Source of the DNA: Thermoproteota archaeon
GTDB lineage: Archaea; Thermoproteota; Methanomethylicia; Culexarchaeales; Culexarchaeaceae
DNA length: 64,000 bases
Direction of reading: 5' to 3'
NCBI GenBank assembly: GCA_020833005.1
Contig: JAJHRD010000001.1
Location: 71,423 to 135,422 of the forward strand
Each line of letters begins with the position of its first letter. The first letter of the stretch is position 1. Under the pieces are notes generated by a model that saw only the letters and a program-made list of their open reading frames with translations, was not told the origin of the DNA and searched no databases. A program made the translations under genes and the position numbers. This document shows positions 28,288 through 38,074 of this stretch, in pieces.

Positions 28288-29220
28288 TTATAAACTTTTC
28301 TCCCCAAAAGCTTCAATTATTTTATTTGCAAGCAAAATCGATGCCATCCTTTGAGCTTCAACGGTCATTGAACCTATGTGGGGAGTTACAACAACATTTT
28401 CAAGCGATATCAATTCCTTTTCCCAAGATTCCTTTGGAGGCTCATTTTCAAATACATCTAAACAAGCACCGTAAAGATGACCATTCTTCAGATACTTTAG
28501 CAAAGCTTTATTATCGATCACAGCCCCTCTTGACGTATTGATGATTATCGCTCCCTTCTTCATAAGCTTAAACTTATCCTCATTTATTAAGTATTTGGTT
28601 TGGGGGGTTAAGGGTACATGCAAAGTTACTATATCTGAATTTTTCAATAAATCATCAAGCTCAAAATATTCAACACCTAACTCCCTCTCAACGGAAGGAT
28701 CGAGTCTAATTATATCATAATATATGACCCTCATTCCAAATGCTTTAGCCTTCTTCGCAACTTCTTTGCCAATTCTACCAATACCAATTATCCCAATGGT
28801 TTTATCCTTCAATTCAAACCCCATTGCAAATTTTTTAGGCCATTCACCCATCTTCATAAGTCTATCGCACACTGATATTTTCCTAACCAATGATAACAGC
28901 ATCCCAAAAACCAATTCTGAAACTGAAGTTGCAGCTATTTCAGGGGTATTTAAGACTGTTATCCCCCTAGATTCAGCTGCTTTCACATCAATATTATCTA
29001 AACCTACCCCAGCACGGCCTATAAAGCGTAAATTAACGCCTGCCTTTATAATCTCACTATCAACTTTCGTCCTACTACGTACGATTAGCCCTTCATAATT
29101 GGGTATTATCTTCTTCAATTCATCATATGTTATATCAAACCTCAAATCAAGCTCAAATCCAGCCTTCTTAAGAGCATCGATGCCTTCACTGGAAATTTCA
29201 TCTGCAACCAATATCTTCAA
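28288..29220 (-). CDS. D-isomer-specific 2-hydroxyacid dehydrogenase (D-3-phosphoglycerate dehydrogenase-like, short form)
   Basis: NAD-binding GIIGIGRIGKEVAKKA; catalytic-domain motifs; 310 aa without an ACT domain. Confidence 0.75.
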   Translation of the reverse strand: MKILVADEISSEGIDALKKAGFELDLRFDITYDELKKIIPNYEGLIVRSRTKVDSEIIKAGVNLRFIGRAGVGLDNIDVKAAESRGITVLNTPEIAATSVSELVFGMLLSLVRKISVCDRLMKMGEWPKKFAMGFELKDKTIGIIGIGRIGKEVAKKAKAFGMRVIYYDIIRLDPSVERELGVEYFELDDLLKNSDIVTLHVPLTPQTKYLINEDKFKLMKKGAIIINTSRGAVIDNKALLKYLKNGHLYGACLDVFENEPPKESWEKELISLENVVVTPHIGSMTVEAQRMASILLANKIIEAFGEKSL

Positions 29221-29240
29221 ACAATTTCACCAATAAAGAT

Positions 29241-30578
29241 TTATCTTCTAAACTTCTTTAAAGCTATTTCGGAAGCCCTGATCACAGGCTCAATAACGTC
29301 AGCAACGGGCGGACTATAACATGTGTCCAAGTTAACGATGTTATCAACAGTTGCTCCCATGGAAATTAAAGCTGACAATAAGTTGATCCTTTGAGCCACA
29401 TCGCTAACACCAATGATCTGACCTCCAATCAATCTACCATTATTAGCGTCGAAAACAACTTTAACGGTTAAATCGCCATGTGAAGGATAATATTCCGCTT
29501 TAGTATACCATTTAGCTTTACCCACAATAACTTTCATCCCCTCCCTTTCAGCTTGCTCGACATTCAATCCGGTGGCACCAACTTCATAATCAAAAATCTT
29601 CAGCACCATTGAACCTAAGGCTCCATTAAATCTCATAGAACCACCAGCAGCATTAGCCCCAGCAACATTTCCCTGCCTATAAGCTACTGTACCAAGATAT
29701 GGCGCAAAGGGTTTTAATGTTATCAAGTGTTTTGTCTCAGCGCAATCCCCAGCGGAATACACACCGGCTTTAGATGTTTCCTGAAATTCATTAGTCTTAA
29801 TAGCGTAAGAACCTATCTCTAAACCAATCTTCTTAGCAAAATCCACGTTGGCCTTAACCCCAGTGGAAACAAGTACAGCATCACAATCAATGACCTCATC
29901 ATCAACGACGACACCCTCAACAGTATTAGAACCTAGAATTTCACTAACCCTTCCACTCAACTTCAAAGTAACATTATGTTTAACTATATTTTCATGAAGA
30001 ATTGAAGCCATATCATCATCTAAAATGCTAGGTAAAACTTTTGGCATGAGTTCAACCACATGGACTTTGATACCTCTCCTCAAAAAGGCCTCAGCACATT
30101 CCAGACCAATGGCACCAGCACCCACAACCACAAAATTTCTAACCTTCTCAAGTGCATTAACAATTTTAATACCATCATCAATGCCCCTTAATGTAAAGAC
30201 ATTATTTATATTTAAGTTTCTTATTGGAGGAAGATATGCCCGTGAACCAGTTGCAACTATCAATGAATCAAATTTTATTTGTTTACTCTCCCCACCATCA
30301 ATCTTTTCAACATATAAAGTATCACCTATAGCATCAACGGCTCTAAAGCCTAACATGAGCTCTACACCTAATCTGAGGAGCATATTCCTAGAAGTAACTA
30401 TCAGCTTTTCAAAACTCTCAATTTGACCACCAATAACAAAAGGTAGACCACAACGTGAATACGTCAAATATGGCTCTTCAGAAACCACGGTTACAGATAC
30501 ACTTGAATCTTGAGATTTAGCTGATAATGCAGCCCTAAGACCAGCCGTACCAAAACCAACAATCGCAATCCTCTTCAA
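29241..30578 (-). CDS. FAD-dependent pyridine nucleotide-disulfide oxidoreductase (NADH oxidase / CoA-disulfide reductase family)
   Basis: IAIVGFGTAGLRAA FAD loop; redox Cys in YSRCGLPF; second dinucleotide fold VVVGAGAIGLE. Confidence 0.75.
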   Translation of the reverse strand: MKRIAIVGFGTAGLRAALSAKSQDSSVSVTVVSEEPYLTYSRCGLPFVIGGQIESFEKLIVTSRNMLLRLGVELMLGFRAVDAIGDTLYVEKIDGGESKQIKFDSLIVATGSRAYLPPIRNLNINNVFTLRGIDDGIKIVNALEKVRNFVVVGAGAIGLECAEAFLRRGIKVHVVELMPKVLPSILDDDMASILHENIVKHNVTLKLSGRVSEILGSNTVEGVVVDDEVIDCDAVLVSTGVKANVDFAKKIGLEIGSYAIKTNEFQETSKAGVYSAGDCAETKHLITLKPFAPYLGTVAYRQGNVAGANAAGGSMRFNGALGSMVLKIFDYEVGATGLNVEQAEREGMKVIVGKAKWYTKAEYYPSHGDLTVKVVFDANNGRLIGGQIIGVSDVAQRINLLSALISMGATVDNIVNLDTCYSPPVADVIEPVIRASEIALKKFRR

Positions 30579-30658
30579 CCCCCACCACCAACTAACTTAA
30601 ATATGCTCGAATACACTACTATAAATCAAGATAAAAGATTAACCTCCAAAGATATAGA

Positions 30659-30664
30659 GGGAGG
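30659..30664 (+). promoter_or_regulatory. Shine-Dalgarno GGGAGG upstream of ATG 30680
   Basis: gggagg is 15 nt before the ATG at 30680; that ATG is out of frame with the downstream GTPase ORF. Confidence 0.4.
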
Positions 30665-30679
30665 AGTATAATTAGAAAG

Positions 30680-31899
30680 ATGGGGGGAGAAAAATACTCT
30701 GCGGGATAGTAGGGAAACCGAACACAGGTAAATCAACATTCTTTGCAGCAGCAACATTAGTACCAGTGAAAATAGCCCCATACCCATTCACAACAATAGA
30801 GCCAAATATTGGAATAGCATATGTAAGGACAAAGTGCGTATGCAAAGAGTTCAATGTGAAAGATAACCCAAAAAACTCCCTATGCATAAATGGAAACAGA
30901 TTCATACCAATACAAATGATGGACGTTGCAGGCTTAGTTCCAGATGCATGGAAAGGTAGAGGGTTAGGAAATAGGTTTCTAGACGAATTAAGGAAAGCAT
31001 CAGTATTAATACACGTGGTAGATGCATCAGGAGGAACAGATGAGGAAGGGAGGATTGTGCCTCCAGGAACGCATGATCCATGTAGAGATGTAGAATTCCT
31101 AGAGAGAGAAATAGTGATGTGGATAAAGCAAATACTAACTTCAGATTGGCAAAGAATTATAAAGAGGAGGGAGGATAGCATAGAAGATATTCTAGCGGAG
31201 AGGCTAAGCGGTCTTCAAATAAGCAGGAGAGACGTTGAAAAGACTTTAGAAAAGGTTGATTTAACCAGAAAGAAACTTGGTTCATGGAGCGATGAAGACA
31301 TAACTAAATTCTGTTATGAAATAAGGAGAGTGAATAAGCCAATCATAATAGCAGCAAATAAAATAGACGTCCCAGCGGCAGAAGATGGATTTAGAAAATT
31401 GAAGGAAAGATATGGAGATAGTAACATTATAATTCCATGTAGTGCCGAGGCAGAGCTTGTGCTCAGAAGAGCTGCTGAAAAAGGATTTATTAGATATCTA
31501 CCAGGAGATGAAAAATTCGAAATAATAGATGAAAGTAAAATGACCTCAGAGCAAAGGAAAGCGCTAAAAATAATTGAGGAAAAAGTTTTAGTTAAATGGA
31601 AAGGTACAGGTGTTCAAGAAACAATAAATGCAGCTATATTCAATGTATTAAAAATGATAGTAGTATATCCAGTAGAAGATGTGAATAAACTGTCAGATCA
31701 CCATGGAAACGTATTGCCTGATGCCCTACTTATTAAAGAAGGGTCTACTGCAAAAGAACTTGCATACATGATACATCAAGAGCTTGGAGACACATTCCTT
31801 TACGCCATAGATGTAAGAACAAAACATAAAATTGGGGAGAATACACTATTGAAAATGAATGACATAATAAAAATAGTTGCTACAAAAGCTAGAAAGTGA
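30680..31899 (+). CDS. OLA1/YchF-like P-loop GTPase with C-terminal TGS domain; N-terminus interrupted by an apparent 1-nt frame break in a G6 run (30682-30687)
   Basis: Track ORF starts at GTG 30766. The in-frame upstream sequence encodes the P-loop (KILCGIVGKPNTGKSTFF) but has no start codon. ATG 30680 with SD is in frame 2. Reading 7 G instead of 6 gives MGGRKILCGIVGKPNTGKST... Confidence 0.7.
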
Positions 31900-31901
31900 G
31901 A

Positions 31902-32252
31902 TTATCTCCTTGAAAAGTGAGGGTCTTCCTTAAAATACCAACCTGACTCCTTCTTGGATCCGAAAAAGCGAACCCCCTTTTCCTTCAATAAAACTCTAAT
32001 TCTCTCAGCCTCCTCATGGGGCAACTCATTACGCTTCTCTAAATAATCCACTATCTCAAGAGCTTGCAACTCAGTATCACATCTTCTAATGAAATCGATT
32101 ACATTGGGATTGTAGCCCCTAAACTTCGGCACATAATGTCTTCCACTTTTAGGAGAATTTTCAAATCCTAATTTCATGGAACATATATTTCCCTCAATTT
32201 CCCTAGCCAAATTTGGGAAATTCTTTTTAAAAGTTTCCCAATCCATAGCCAT
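31902..32252 (-). CDS. small conserved archaeal protein of unknown function
   Basis: 116 aa; motif GYNPNVIDFIRRC; co-oriented, 91 nt downstream of the B12-rSAM gene. Confidence 0.35.
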   Translation of the reverse strand: MAMDWETFKKNFPNLAREIEGNICSMKLGFENSPKSGRHYVPKFRGYNPNVIDFIRRCDTELQALEIVDYLEKRNELPHEEAERIRVLLKEKGVRFFGSKKESGWYFKEDPHFSRR

Positions 32253-32343
32253 TTCTCTTCATTCTCCAAGATATTATCAAGATTTAAGAGTAAATAAATG
32301 TTTACGTTGTTTACTTCGCAAAATGACTTAATGCGAACCAATG

Positions 32344-33930
32344 TTACTTGATGAGTGATAATGCTTTACCATACTCATTCATCAACAGCATCTTATCATA
32401 CCCAATATCAATGCCATCCCATGGGAAATTGTATTTGAAATCCAATTGACTTACAACCATATCCTCGAGGGAGAACTTAAAGGATTTTTCAGCAGCATGC
32501 CAAGAAGAGAGGGAACCACCATTTTTAGCAACAAAGAGAAGTATAGGAGCAATATTGGATCCTGAACGTGAAATAAATGCTTGTATGATACTCTCTCTTA
32601 AATTTGGAAATCTTATATCAAAACGTCTATCTCCATGCAAAGCATCCTTAATCAATTTAACCTTCCTTTTTAGCGATTGTTTAGAATCCATTCCAAACCA
32701 TTGAAATGGAGTATTTGGTTTAGGTACAAAAAATGAAAAGGATACACGTACACTCTTTGGATAATTGAAACCGGAATCCGCGATTTTACGTAGAGAATCA
32801 ATAATCAACTCTACATCTTCAATGCTTTCACCAGGCAATCCAATCATAAAGTATAACTTAATATTGTTGAATCCTACGCTTCTAACAAGCTTAGCCACAT
32901 CAAATAATATCCCCTCATCAAATCTCTTATTAATTATTTTGAGCAACCTCTGAGAAGCCGTTTCAGGAGCAAATACGGGCGTTCTCTGTCCACCAAGCTT
33001 TAAGAGTTTAAGAATATCTTCATCCACAAAATCTAATCGTAAAGATGGAATGGAGAATTTAAACCCACACTTATATAGATACTCTAAAATATCCTTGAAA
33101 TGAGGATGAACAAATGCTGCTGAACCAATTATTATTAGATTATTTGTTGGTGTAAATTTTAACCCCTCATTCACTATTGAAAGTATATTTTCAAAAGATC
33201 TAAATCTCATGGGAAGATAATTGTAACCCTCAAGACAGAATCTACAACCAAACCCGCAGCCTCGGGAAACTTCAAGCAAAAATGATTTCCCTAAAACAGG
33301 GTGAAATGGGCTGTTAGATGAACATGCTGGAATTATCTGTTTCAATGCATGATGGGCATTATCTAAATCTTCAACCCAAACCCGTCTAACTCTATTATTC
33401 AATGATGGCACATATATTCCTGGAATCTTGGATACATTTTCAAGTAGCTCAATTCTCCCCCTACCTTCATACTCAATAACAACATCTAAGAATTTATTTA
33501 AAGTGTCTTCAACCTCACCTATAAATATAATATCCGCAAAACTAGCTAAAGGTTCAGGATTCGACGTAATGGCAGGACCCCCTAGGCATATTATAGGGTC
33601 ACCTTCACCACGATCCTTTGATAGTGGAGGTATACCGGATTCCAATAATGCTTTTATAAAATTCACATAATCTAATTCATATTGTAATGAGAAACCGACG
33701 ATGTTAAATGATTTCAAATATCGTTTCGATTCAATGGATGCTAAAGGCAGATTTGGATCAAAGAAGAATCTTTCACATAACACATCATTACGGGAATTCA
33801 TAAGCTCATATAATAGGTGAATTGCTAAGCATGACATGCCAACTCTATATACGTTTGGATAAAATAGAGCAAATTTTATTGGAATATTTCTCCAATCCTT
33901 TTTAACTACATTATACTCTACTAGATTCAT
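32344..33930 (-). CDS. B12-binding-domain radical SAM protein (archaeal MJ_1487-like class B rSAM)
   Basis: N-terminal Rossmann/B12-like domain; CGFGCRFC (Cx3Cx2C) radical SAM cluster motif; 528 aa. Confidence 0.7.
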   Translation of the reverse strand: MNLVEYNVVKKDWRNIPIKFALFYPNVYRVGMSCLAIHLLYELMNSRNDVLCERFFFDPNLPLASIESKRYLKSFNIVGFSLQYELDYVNFIKALLESGIPPLSKDRGEGDPIICLGGPAITSNPEPLASFADIIFIGEVEDTLNKFLDVVIEYEGRGRIELLENVSKIPGIYVPSLNNRVRRVWVEDLDNAHHALKQIIPACSSNSPFHPVLGKSFLLEVSRGCGFGCRFCLEGYNYLPMRFRSFENILSIVNEGLKFTPTNNLIIIGSAAFVHPHFKDILEYLYKCGFKFSIPSLRLDFVDEDILKLLKLGGQRTPVFAPETASQRLLKIINKRFDEGILFDVAKLVRSVGFNNIKLYFMIGLPGESIEDVELIIDSLRKIADSGFNYPKSVRVSFSFFVPKPNTPFQWFGMDSKQSLKRKVKLIKDALHGDRRFDIRFPNLRESIIQAFISRSGSNIAPILLFVAKNGGSLSSWHAAEKSFKFSLEDMVVSQLDFKYNFPWDGIDIGYDKMLLMNEYGKALSLIK

Positions 33931-33980
33931 AAATGCCTTTTAAAGATATGTGGACAAACCAAAAATAGTTAACGCGGCCA

Positions 33981-34616
33981 CTAAGATTTTTGTTGCATTG
34001 AAGATTGTGGCGCTGCCAATTCAGCTTGCTCCGCAACAGGTTTAGAAATCAACTTACTTTTACTTACTTCAACCTTTTTTAGAGGATAAATCTTCTTTGC
34101 AGAATTATATATGTCTGATGCTATTTTCCCTAAAACCATTTGTTGAACAAATTCGTCAAAGTTCAGCTCAGCAGCTTTCGACGTCAATATCTCCCTACTG
34201 ATTTTCCTGATGAGCTTAGCTTGAGAAGTTTTTGCTCTATGCCTAGTTATTGCTACAACGGTAACCCTTAAAGTGTAACCATCCTTCGTTGTGACATTAA
34301 AAATTCCATCCACCAAAGTTGTTCCTCTACGTATTAAGCTACGAATATAATCCCGTGAAAGTTCATGACCTTTAAATATGGTTTTACACGTGGAATCAGA
34401 CACTTCAACTATTTGAAAATACAACTTTATATGGAGAAATGAGAAGTCTCCAATCAAGTCGCTCAAAGAAGTTTCAACAACCCTATTATACAATTTTGAT
34501 TCATCATCAGCTAATGTCACACCAATCTCACTTGACCCAAAAGCTGTAGAGGCAAGTACTTTGTAGGCTTTCTTCATACGCCATTTATCACGAACTCTCG
34601 AAGCCAAAGGATTCAC
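33981..34616 (-). CDS. rps3ae: ribosomal protein S3Ae (eS1)
   Basis: 211 aa, basic; N-terminal RVRDKWRMKKAYKV. Confidence 0.75.
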   Translation of the reverse strand: MNPLASRVRDKWRMKKAYKVLASTAFGSSEIGVTLADDESKLYNRVVETSLSDLIGDFSFLHIKLYFQIVEVSDSTCKTIFKGHELSRDYIRSLIRRGTTLVDGIFNVTTKDGYTLRVTVVAITRHRAKTSQAKLIRKISREILTSKAAELNFDEFVQQMVLGKIASDIYNSAKKIYPLKKVEVSKSKLISKPVAEQAELAAPQSSMQQKS

Positions 34617-34648
34617 CCTAACTAATTCGTTACATCAATAGCAAGAAC

Positions 34649-34942
34649 TTACTTATATGTTTGTTGCAAACCCTTTATGCTTAAAATACACATATTAACA
34701 CTTTCAATTAACTCATCCAATGTATTAAGTAGAGAACCTATACCATCCTCACATACCACAGTTAATGTTAGACATCCATCATCCAACGTTGATGAAATAC
34801 TCATACCCTTTGGGAGAATTTTATTATCGGGAGTTAAAGCATCAAGTATAGATTTCAGAAGCATTGAATCGTTCAAGTAAATTCTTAAAACCCCCTTATT
34901 CATAGGATGCACCTGAAACTTGTTTACCAATAACATCATCAA
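34649..34942 (-). CDS. hypothetical small protein, 97 aa (Pcc1-like pattern; possible KEOPS Pcc1 paralog)
   Basis: Alternating hydrophobic pattern and ...DGCLTLTVVCEDGIGSLLNTLDELIESV resemble the Pcc1 KH-like fold; weak. Confidence 0.3.
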   Translation of the reverse strand: MMMLLVNKFQVHPMNKGVLRIYLNDSMLLKSILDALTPDNKILPKGMSISSTLDDGCLTLTVVCEDGIGSLLNTLDELIESVNMCILSIKGLQQTYK

Positions 34943-36353
34943 AAACTTTTAAAAACGCTTCTTCAGAATTTAATGGAATCTCAGCTCCAGAAGCTACATC
35001 ATGACCCCCACCAATACCCCCAACACTTTCTGCTGCAATTTTTGAAGCTAAGCCAAGATTAATCCCTCTTTTAATCAAATTTCTATCAGCTCTACAAGAA
35101 ACCTTAATTTTACCACTCTTCGTGAAGGCAAAGCACACAAGAGGCTTATCCATAGACACTGTTCTCGAAGAGGAAAGAATGGAAGCAAATGTGCTCAATA
35201 ATCTTTCATCAACGTTATTTTCAAGATGTATGTATTGTACGTATTGGAGGGTTTTAAGTTTATCTCTGTTATTTTGGAACCAGCTTAACATCCTTGAAAT
35301 CTCCTTACGATACTTACTTGCAACTTCAAAAGCTCTCTGTACAATCACCCCCCTAATCCCCATACACAAGGCAATACCATAGCTTGGGTTTCCCATCCTA
35401 CCACAAGCATTTAAAACAGATGAAAATTCTCTAGCATCCCTTAAACATGAATCTGGAGCCTCTTTAATCAAGATATAATTTGTCCCAATCATCCCTTCAG
35501 CAACATCACTGGTGATGCCATGATTCAACATGTACTTAACTATCTCAATGATTAATTTGCGTAATTCATCGCTGGACAAATCTGATACGCTTCGAAAATT
35601 ACCATTCTCATCAACTGGAGGGATACCAATACTTTTCAAGAAATTCATACAAGCATCAAAATCCCCACTTAAACCTGGAATAAATGGGTCAATGGTGTAC
35701 TCTAAACTTTTAACTATAGGTCTTGACTCAAAACCGAAAAGTTTCAAACCGATCTTTACATTTAAAAGTTTATTATTAATTGCTTCTTCAACAAAAATTT
35801 TATTTAAGCCAATCAAACTAGCTTTATCACCGCAATCTTGTCTATCACCAAGAGCACCCACAATAGCTGTTGTTGAATGAACAACATTCTTTTCACTTAC
35901 CGTCCTAGCCACTAGATATGATAAGCCTGAAGAACTTACTTGCGTAGAACCATCAATACCGAAGTGATGAGGATTAATTTCAGTTATGTTATCATCATTG
36001 TGTAGTGAAAATCTGGGTTGATGATGATCAATTATCAAACAAGGGACTTTTAGTGATCTCTCTAATAGATCTCTTTGACCACTTCCAAAATCCAGGAGAA
36101 CCACAATACAATTTTCATGAGAACCCATTTGAGAAATAATGTCATCAGTTAATTGATTGAGAATTCTAACTTTAAATGGGGCTCCAAGATCCTTAAGTAT
36201 AGATGCAAATATTCCACCAGCTGCCAAACCATCAGCATCTAAGTGAGTATATACATTAAATAAAATGCCCTCTTTAGCCCACTCAACGATTCTACTCGCA
36301 ACATTGTTTATATGTTCAATGAACTCATGTGGAACTATATCATCAAATGACAT
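34896..36353 (-). CDS. DHH-family RecJ/Cdc45-like nuclease homologue (GAN-like)
   Basis: Motifs HLDADGLAAGG, LIIDHHQ, GGGH; 485 aa. Confidence 0.65.
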   Translation of the reverse strand: MSFDDIVPHEFIEHINNVASRIVEWAKEGILFNVYTHLDADGLAAGGIFASILKDLGAPFKVRILNQLTDDIISQMGSHENCIVVLLDFGSGQRDLLERSLKVPCLIIDHHQPRFSLHNDDNITEINPHHFGIDGSTQVSSSGLSYLVARTVSEKNVVHSTTAIVGALGDRQDCGDKASLIGLNKIFVEEAINNKLLNVKIGLKLFGFESRPIVKSLEYTIDPFIPGLSGDFDACMNFLKSIGIPPVDENGNFRSVSDLSSDELRKLIIEIVKYMLNHGITSDVAEGMIGTNYILIKEAPDSCLRDAREFSSVLNACGRMGNPSYGIALCMGIRGVIVQRAFEVASKYRKEISRMLSWFQNNRDKLKTLQYVQYIHLENNVDERLLSTFASILSSSRTVSMDKPLVCFAFTKSGKIKVSCRADRNLIKRGINLGLASKIAAESVGGIGGGHDVASGAEIPLNSEEAFLKVFDDVIGKQVSGASYE

Positions 36354-36384
36354 TTTATAATCAAATTAATTAAATCTGCACGTG

Positions 36385-36837
36385 TTATCTAAGTTTTACT
36401 GTTTTAAGCCCACTAAATTCGTATTTCCAATCTTTTGGAAGCATACCTTTAGCCTTATAATATTTTATAAGTCGCCATATCTTTGACTCAATAAGTTGAA
36501 GTCCACGTCTACTAGACTTATCCTTTGGATGCTCTTCAAGATGCCTCTTAACTTTCTCAGCCCTCTTAATTAAATTGTTCAAATCTTCAGGAATGCTTGG
36601 TAACAAATTGTTTTCACGTAATATTTCAGTAACTGTCTTGCCACATATTGCTTTAACTAATGGTATACCGTACTGATCACGTAAAATTATACCGATCATG
36701 GATGGTGAAAACCCTCTTCTAGCTAAGTTTACCACTAAATTTTCAACATCTTCTGGTTTATAGTTAACCCATTTAGGAGCCTCCATCCCAGCAGGCCTTG
36801 TTGAATGAGACTTACCCTTCTCCTTACTTCTCTTCAA
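36385..36837 (-). CDS. rps15: ribosomal protein S15 (uS15/S13e)
   Basis: 150 aa; [21 protein letters not shown]. Confidence 0.85.
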   Translation of the reverse strand: MKRSKEKGKSHSTRPAGMEAPKWVNYKPEDVENLVVNLARRGFSPSMIGIILRDQYGIPLVKAICGKTVTEILRENNLLPSIPEDLNNLIKRAEKVKRHLEEHPKDKSSRRGLQLIESKIWRLIKYYKAKGMLPKDWKYEFSGLKTVKLR

Positions 36838-36864
36838 CTTACATCCCCAACACGTAAGGAAATG

Positions 36865-37458
36865 TTACAAATAGTATTTAAAATTTTTTAGAAACCATCT
36901 CGCAAAATCCTTCAGAGCGACAGCTCTATGACTTATGGAGCACTTATAGTTTAATGGCATTTCTGCAAATGTCAAATTTTCACCTTTAGGTATGAATATT
37001 GGATCAAAACCGAAACCACATGACCCTCTAATGACTCTAGAAATTTCACCATAAACTCTGCCCACAAAAACCTTGCTTATATTTTGATTACAAAAAGCCA
37101 CTGCAGACTCAAAGAAGCATTCCCTATCATCAACACCCTCCATTAGCCTAAGTATTCCATTAAGACCAATAGTACTGTATATGTATGAAGAGAACGGCCC
37201 CGGAAAACCGTTTAGAGCTTTTATGAATAATCCATCATCTTCAACGATTAACGGCTTTTTTATGCTCTCAAAAGCGTTTCTAGCTGCAAATAAAGCGATG
37301 TCAGACAATGAAGAAGATTGTATTTCCAGTTTAGAGAATGGAGCCCACTCCAATTTTATATTAAAAGAGCTGAGAATATGGGATGCTTCTATGAATTTAT
37401 TCTTATTTTTAGATATGAAGAGAATCGATGTCTGCTTTAACTCTTCTCTCGATGACAT
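36865..37458 (-). CDS. non-canonical purine NTP pyrophosphatase (Ham1/RdgB, dITP/XTPase)
   Basis: IVEDDGLFIKALNGFPGPFSSY and FGFDPIF motifs. Confidence 0.85.
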   Translation of the reverse strand: MSSREELKQTSILFISKNKNKFIEASHILSSFNIKLEWAPFSKLEIQSSSLSDIALFAARNAFESIKKPLIVEDDGLFIKALNGFPGPFSSYIYSTIGLNGILRLMEGVDDRECFFESAVAFCNQNISKVFVGRVYGEISRVIRGSCGFGFDPIFIPKGENLTFAEMPLNYKCSISHRAVALKDFARWFLKNFKYYL

Positions 37459-38074
37459 ATCGACCCCTCCTCCTTATCTCTAAGACTTTGTCAAATACTT
37501 CCTTACTTTTATCAAACGTACTACTATATCCATTCTTAAAGTATTCAAAACATTTTTTAGATATTTCGTGATGGGTACTCTCCAAGGCTCTCAACATTAA
37601 ATGGACGTCAACCCCAAAGGATTCTATTTCTTGGGAAGACCCGCCTAAACCAAAATCTATTAAGAAAATGTTTTTATCAACAAGAATGACGTTTGATGTA
37701 GTTAAATCTCCATGAAAAAACCCATTTTCATGAAGTCTGCCAACAATACATCCAAGATTTGTAAAAATTTCATCTAACTGTTTATCATCTAATTGCGGGA
37801 TCAAATCCTTTAATAACTTTCCATCAATAAATTCCATAATTATTGAAAACTCCTCCAAATTGACATCAAAAACTGCGGGGACAGGTACATTAATCCTTTT
37901 GACATTTATTAACATTTTAGCCTCATTCAAGGTTCTGTAATTTCGTAGAAACATGTCTAGTGATCGTATCCTATAATTTTTTGAGATACGCACCTTTTTC
38001 ACAGCTTTATAACCAAACCAGTCTATTAAGTATAACTCTGCCTCAGCACCCTTCTTTATTAATTTCATGTGCAC
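37409..38074 (-). CDS. bud32: KEOPS kinase/ATPase Bud32
   Basis: 221-aa RIO-like kinase (GAEAELY; HGDLTTSNV; DFGLG); overlaps kae1 by 32 nt, unfused. Confidence 0.75.
   Translation of the reverse strand: MHMKLIKKGAEAELYLIDWFGYKAVKKVRISKNYRIRSLDMFLRNYRTLNEAKMLINVKRINVPVPAVFDVNLEEFSIIMEFIDGKLLKDLIPQLDDKQLDEIFTNLGCIVGRLHENGFFHGDLTTSNVILVDKNIFLIDFGLGGSSQEIESFGVDVHLMLRALESTHHEISKKCFEYFKNGYSSTFDKSKEVFDKVLEIRRRGRYVIERRVKADIDSLHI

Noticed and set aside
30766-31899. GTG 30766 as the genuine start of the GTPase
   Set aside because: It would delete the P-loop, which is nevertheless encoded in frame immediately upstream without any stop until 30673. A frameshift at the G-run is the simpler explanation.
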